In this document: positions 49,848-51,426 of the stretch, piece after piece
How positions within the stretch are numbered: the first letter of the stretch is position 1
How the letters are laid out: each line of letters starts with the position of its first letter
NCBI GenBank assembly: GCA_038496445.1
Contig: JALMLS010000187.1
Location: 1 to 51,426, forward strand
From: Trichosphaerium sp. ATCC 40318
Lineage: Eukaryota > Protista > Tubulinea
Reading direction: 5' to 3'
DNA: 51,426 nucleotides
Notes under the pieces: generated by a model
Databases searched by the model: none
Told to the model about the DNA's origin: nothing
Seen by the model: only the letters and a program-made list of their open reading frames with translations
Made by a program: the position numbers and the translations under genes

Positions 49848-51426
49848 ATGCTTAAAAGGCAGCACTGGAGACTTTTTTATGGTGATGAGTTAAAACAAGG
49901 CACTCTCGATGTGTCTTTGATGAGAAAAATAGCATCAGAGTTAAACGTCCCTTTTATCGAAAATCAAGCAACAAAAACGCAAGGAAAACGCCTTTATCGC
50001 ATTATTGTAGAGGCTGAACATCGACAAAGACAACACGAACCAAAATCACCACAAAATACAAGAACGGCTTCTAACACACTCTCAGACGCGCAAATTATCG
50101 CAGGAGATGCCAAGAGAGTTCTGAAGGCTTGCCCTACAGCCGATAATTCCGATAATTCTGATGACAAGGATGAGACATGCTGTTATTACTTTAAATACAT
50201 TTTACCACCTGAAATGATTGACCACATTCAACAATTCATGTATGACACTCAAAAGGCGCTTTGTGTTTCCCGTTCATGGCAAAAGCTCGCCTTTAAAACC
50301 ATAAGAACGCTGCGTATTGCTCATAGCACGTTCTCTCACAAGGTAAGTTTGTAGTTTTGCAAACACGTGATCATACGGAAGCGTAGGGTGCAACTTTTTT
50401 TTTGGTTTTTTTTGTCTACTTACAAGTTATTTTTAGGGATTCTTTGAAAACGTATTTGAAAAATTACAAACGGTGTACATAGGGAAAATGTATGACACTC
50501 GTAATAGGTGGCAGCATCAACATTTGTACAAGATAAAAACTCTTGTGATTGCAAGACACGCCAAGATAACAAGGTGGCCTATTTTGGAGAACCTGAAATG
50601 CTTGAAGAACCTAACCATACCTTTGAGTTTGCTCAAGAGACATAACAATGAAGTACCTACATTAAGGCGCCTGACAGTGGATGTTGATGACACTCTTTTT
50701 TGCCGCGGCACCATACCTCTGTTGAGCAAACGATTGGAAACACTAAAGCTTGTTGGATTTACAACTATATATAGTCGTCTTGGTTTTGGAGTAAAGAGTG
50801 CAAATCCAAACTTTACTTCGATTATAAATTGTGATGGGATTGATAGAGTAGTTTCTCAGGACGAGTATGTGAATTGCTAAAAACATAACATCTTTTTTTT
50901 TTATCTTCTTGTTTTTTTCTTATTTTGTCAACTGTAGGCTAAAGACGATAAGTATGGTATCATCAAAGCATTCCAGCATATGCAATGTACACCATTTTAG
51001 TTAAGTACAAGTACTAACTAATCGCACACCCTAGGTTTGCCAGAAATCTGCAACGACTTTCAAAGATATTCGAACTTTCTTACAACAATATTTTAATAAT
51101 AGTGTTGAGGATAAACGACTTCTTAAGCCCTTGAATACACAACCCAAAGATCCAAAAGTATGTTATTAATACTTTACAAGTATAAACACGTGACTTTTTT
51201 CTTAAGGTATGTTTTTATTGTAATACAGAAAAGCAACCTTGTAGTGTATGTGTAAAGAAATACTCATGCAAAGGTTGTGGTACTTTTTTTTGTTTCAGAT
51301 GTGGTACAATGACACTCATTTCAAATGATAACACTAACACGTGGTTAGCTCAGGATTATATTTCTCTTGACGAAACATGTGAGAGATGCGAGACTCTAGA
51401 ATTTACATGTGATGAGTGCAATGGCA
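49848..51426 (+). CDS. F-box, LRR-like and Cys-rich (CxxC array) protein, 3'-partial
   Basis: ILPPEMIDHIQQFM..ALCVSRSWQKLA, then LRR-like LKCLKNLTIP and LETLKL. Further in-frame exons give CNVC, CFYC, CSVC, CKGC, CFRC, CERC and CDEC up to the window edge. Confidence 0.75.

Overview
AT-rich, intron-dense eukaryotic nuclear DNA with GT-AG introns and a dominant GTACG donor. The gene content suggests an amoeboid protist (inference). I assembled the spliced gene models by hand, so exon edges are approximate. Housekeeping genes: prolyl 4-hydroxylase, SLC38/AAAP amino-acid transporter, ITPK1, CCT3, glycogen phosphorylase, an atypical Rab and a fucosyltransferase. Accessory content: four F-box genes (one with MORN repeats, plus two MORN relics), a tandem-MRH secreted protein with an inverted chimeric pseudogene, a repeat protein with a C-terminal PD-(D/E)xK-like domain plus a decayed paralogue, three Pro/Thr-rich surface-protein genes, and two non-autonomous TIR elements. 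The most striking non-coding signal is intron-nested RNA. CCT3 introns hold two paralogous box C/D snoRNA candidates, a tRNA-Gln(UUG) and further hairpins. An identical tRNA-Gln sits in the last intron of the convergent phosphorylase gene. Also seen: a segment-permuted duplicate and strong CACGTG over-representation. No database searches were run, so novelty is unverified.
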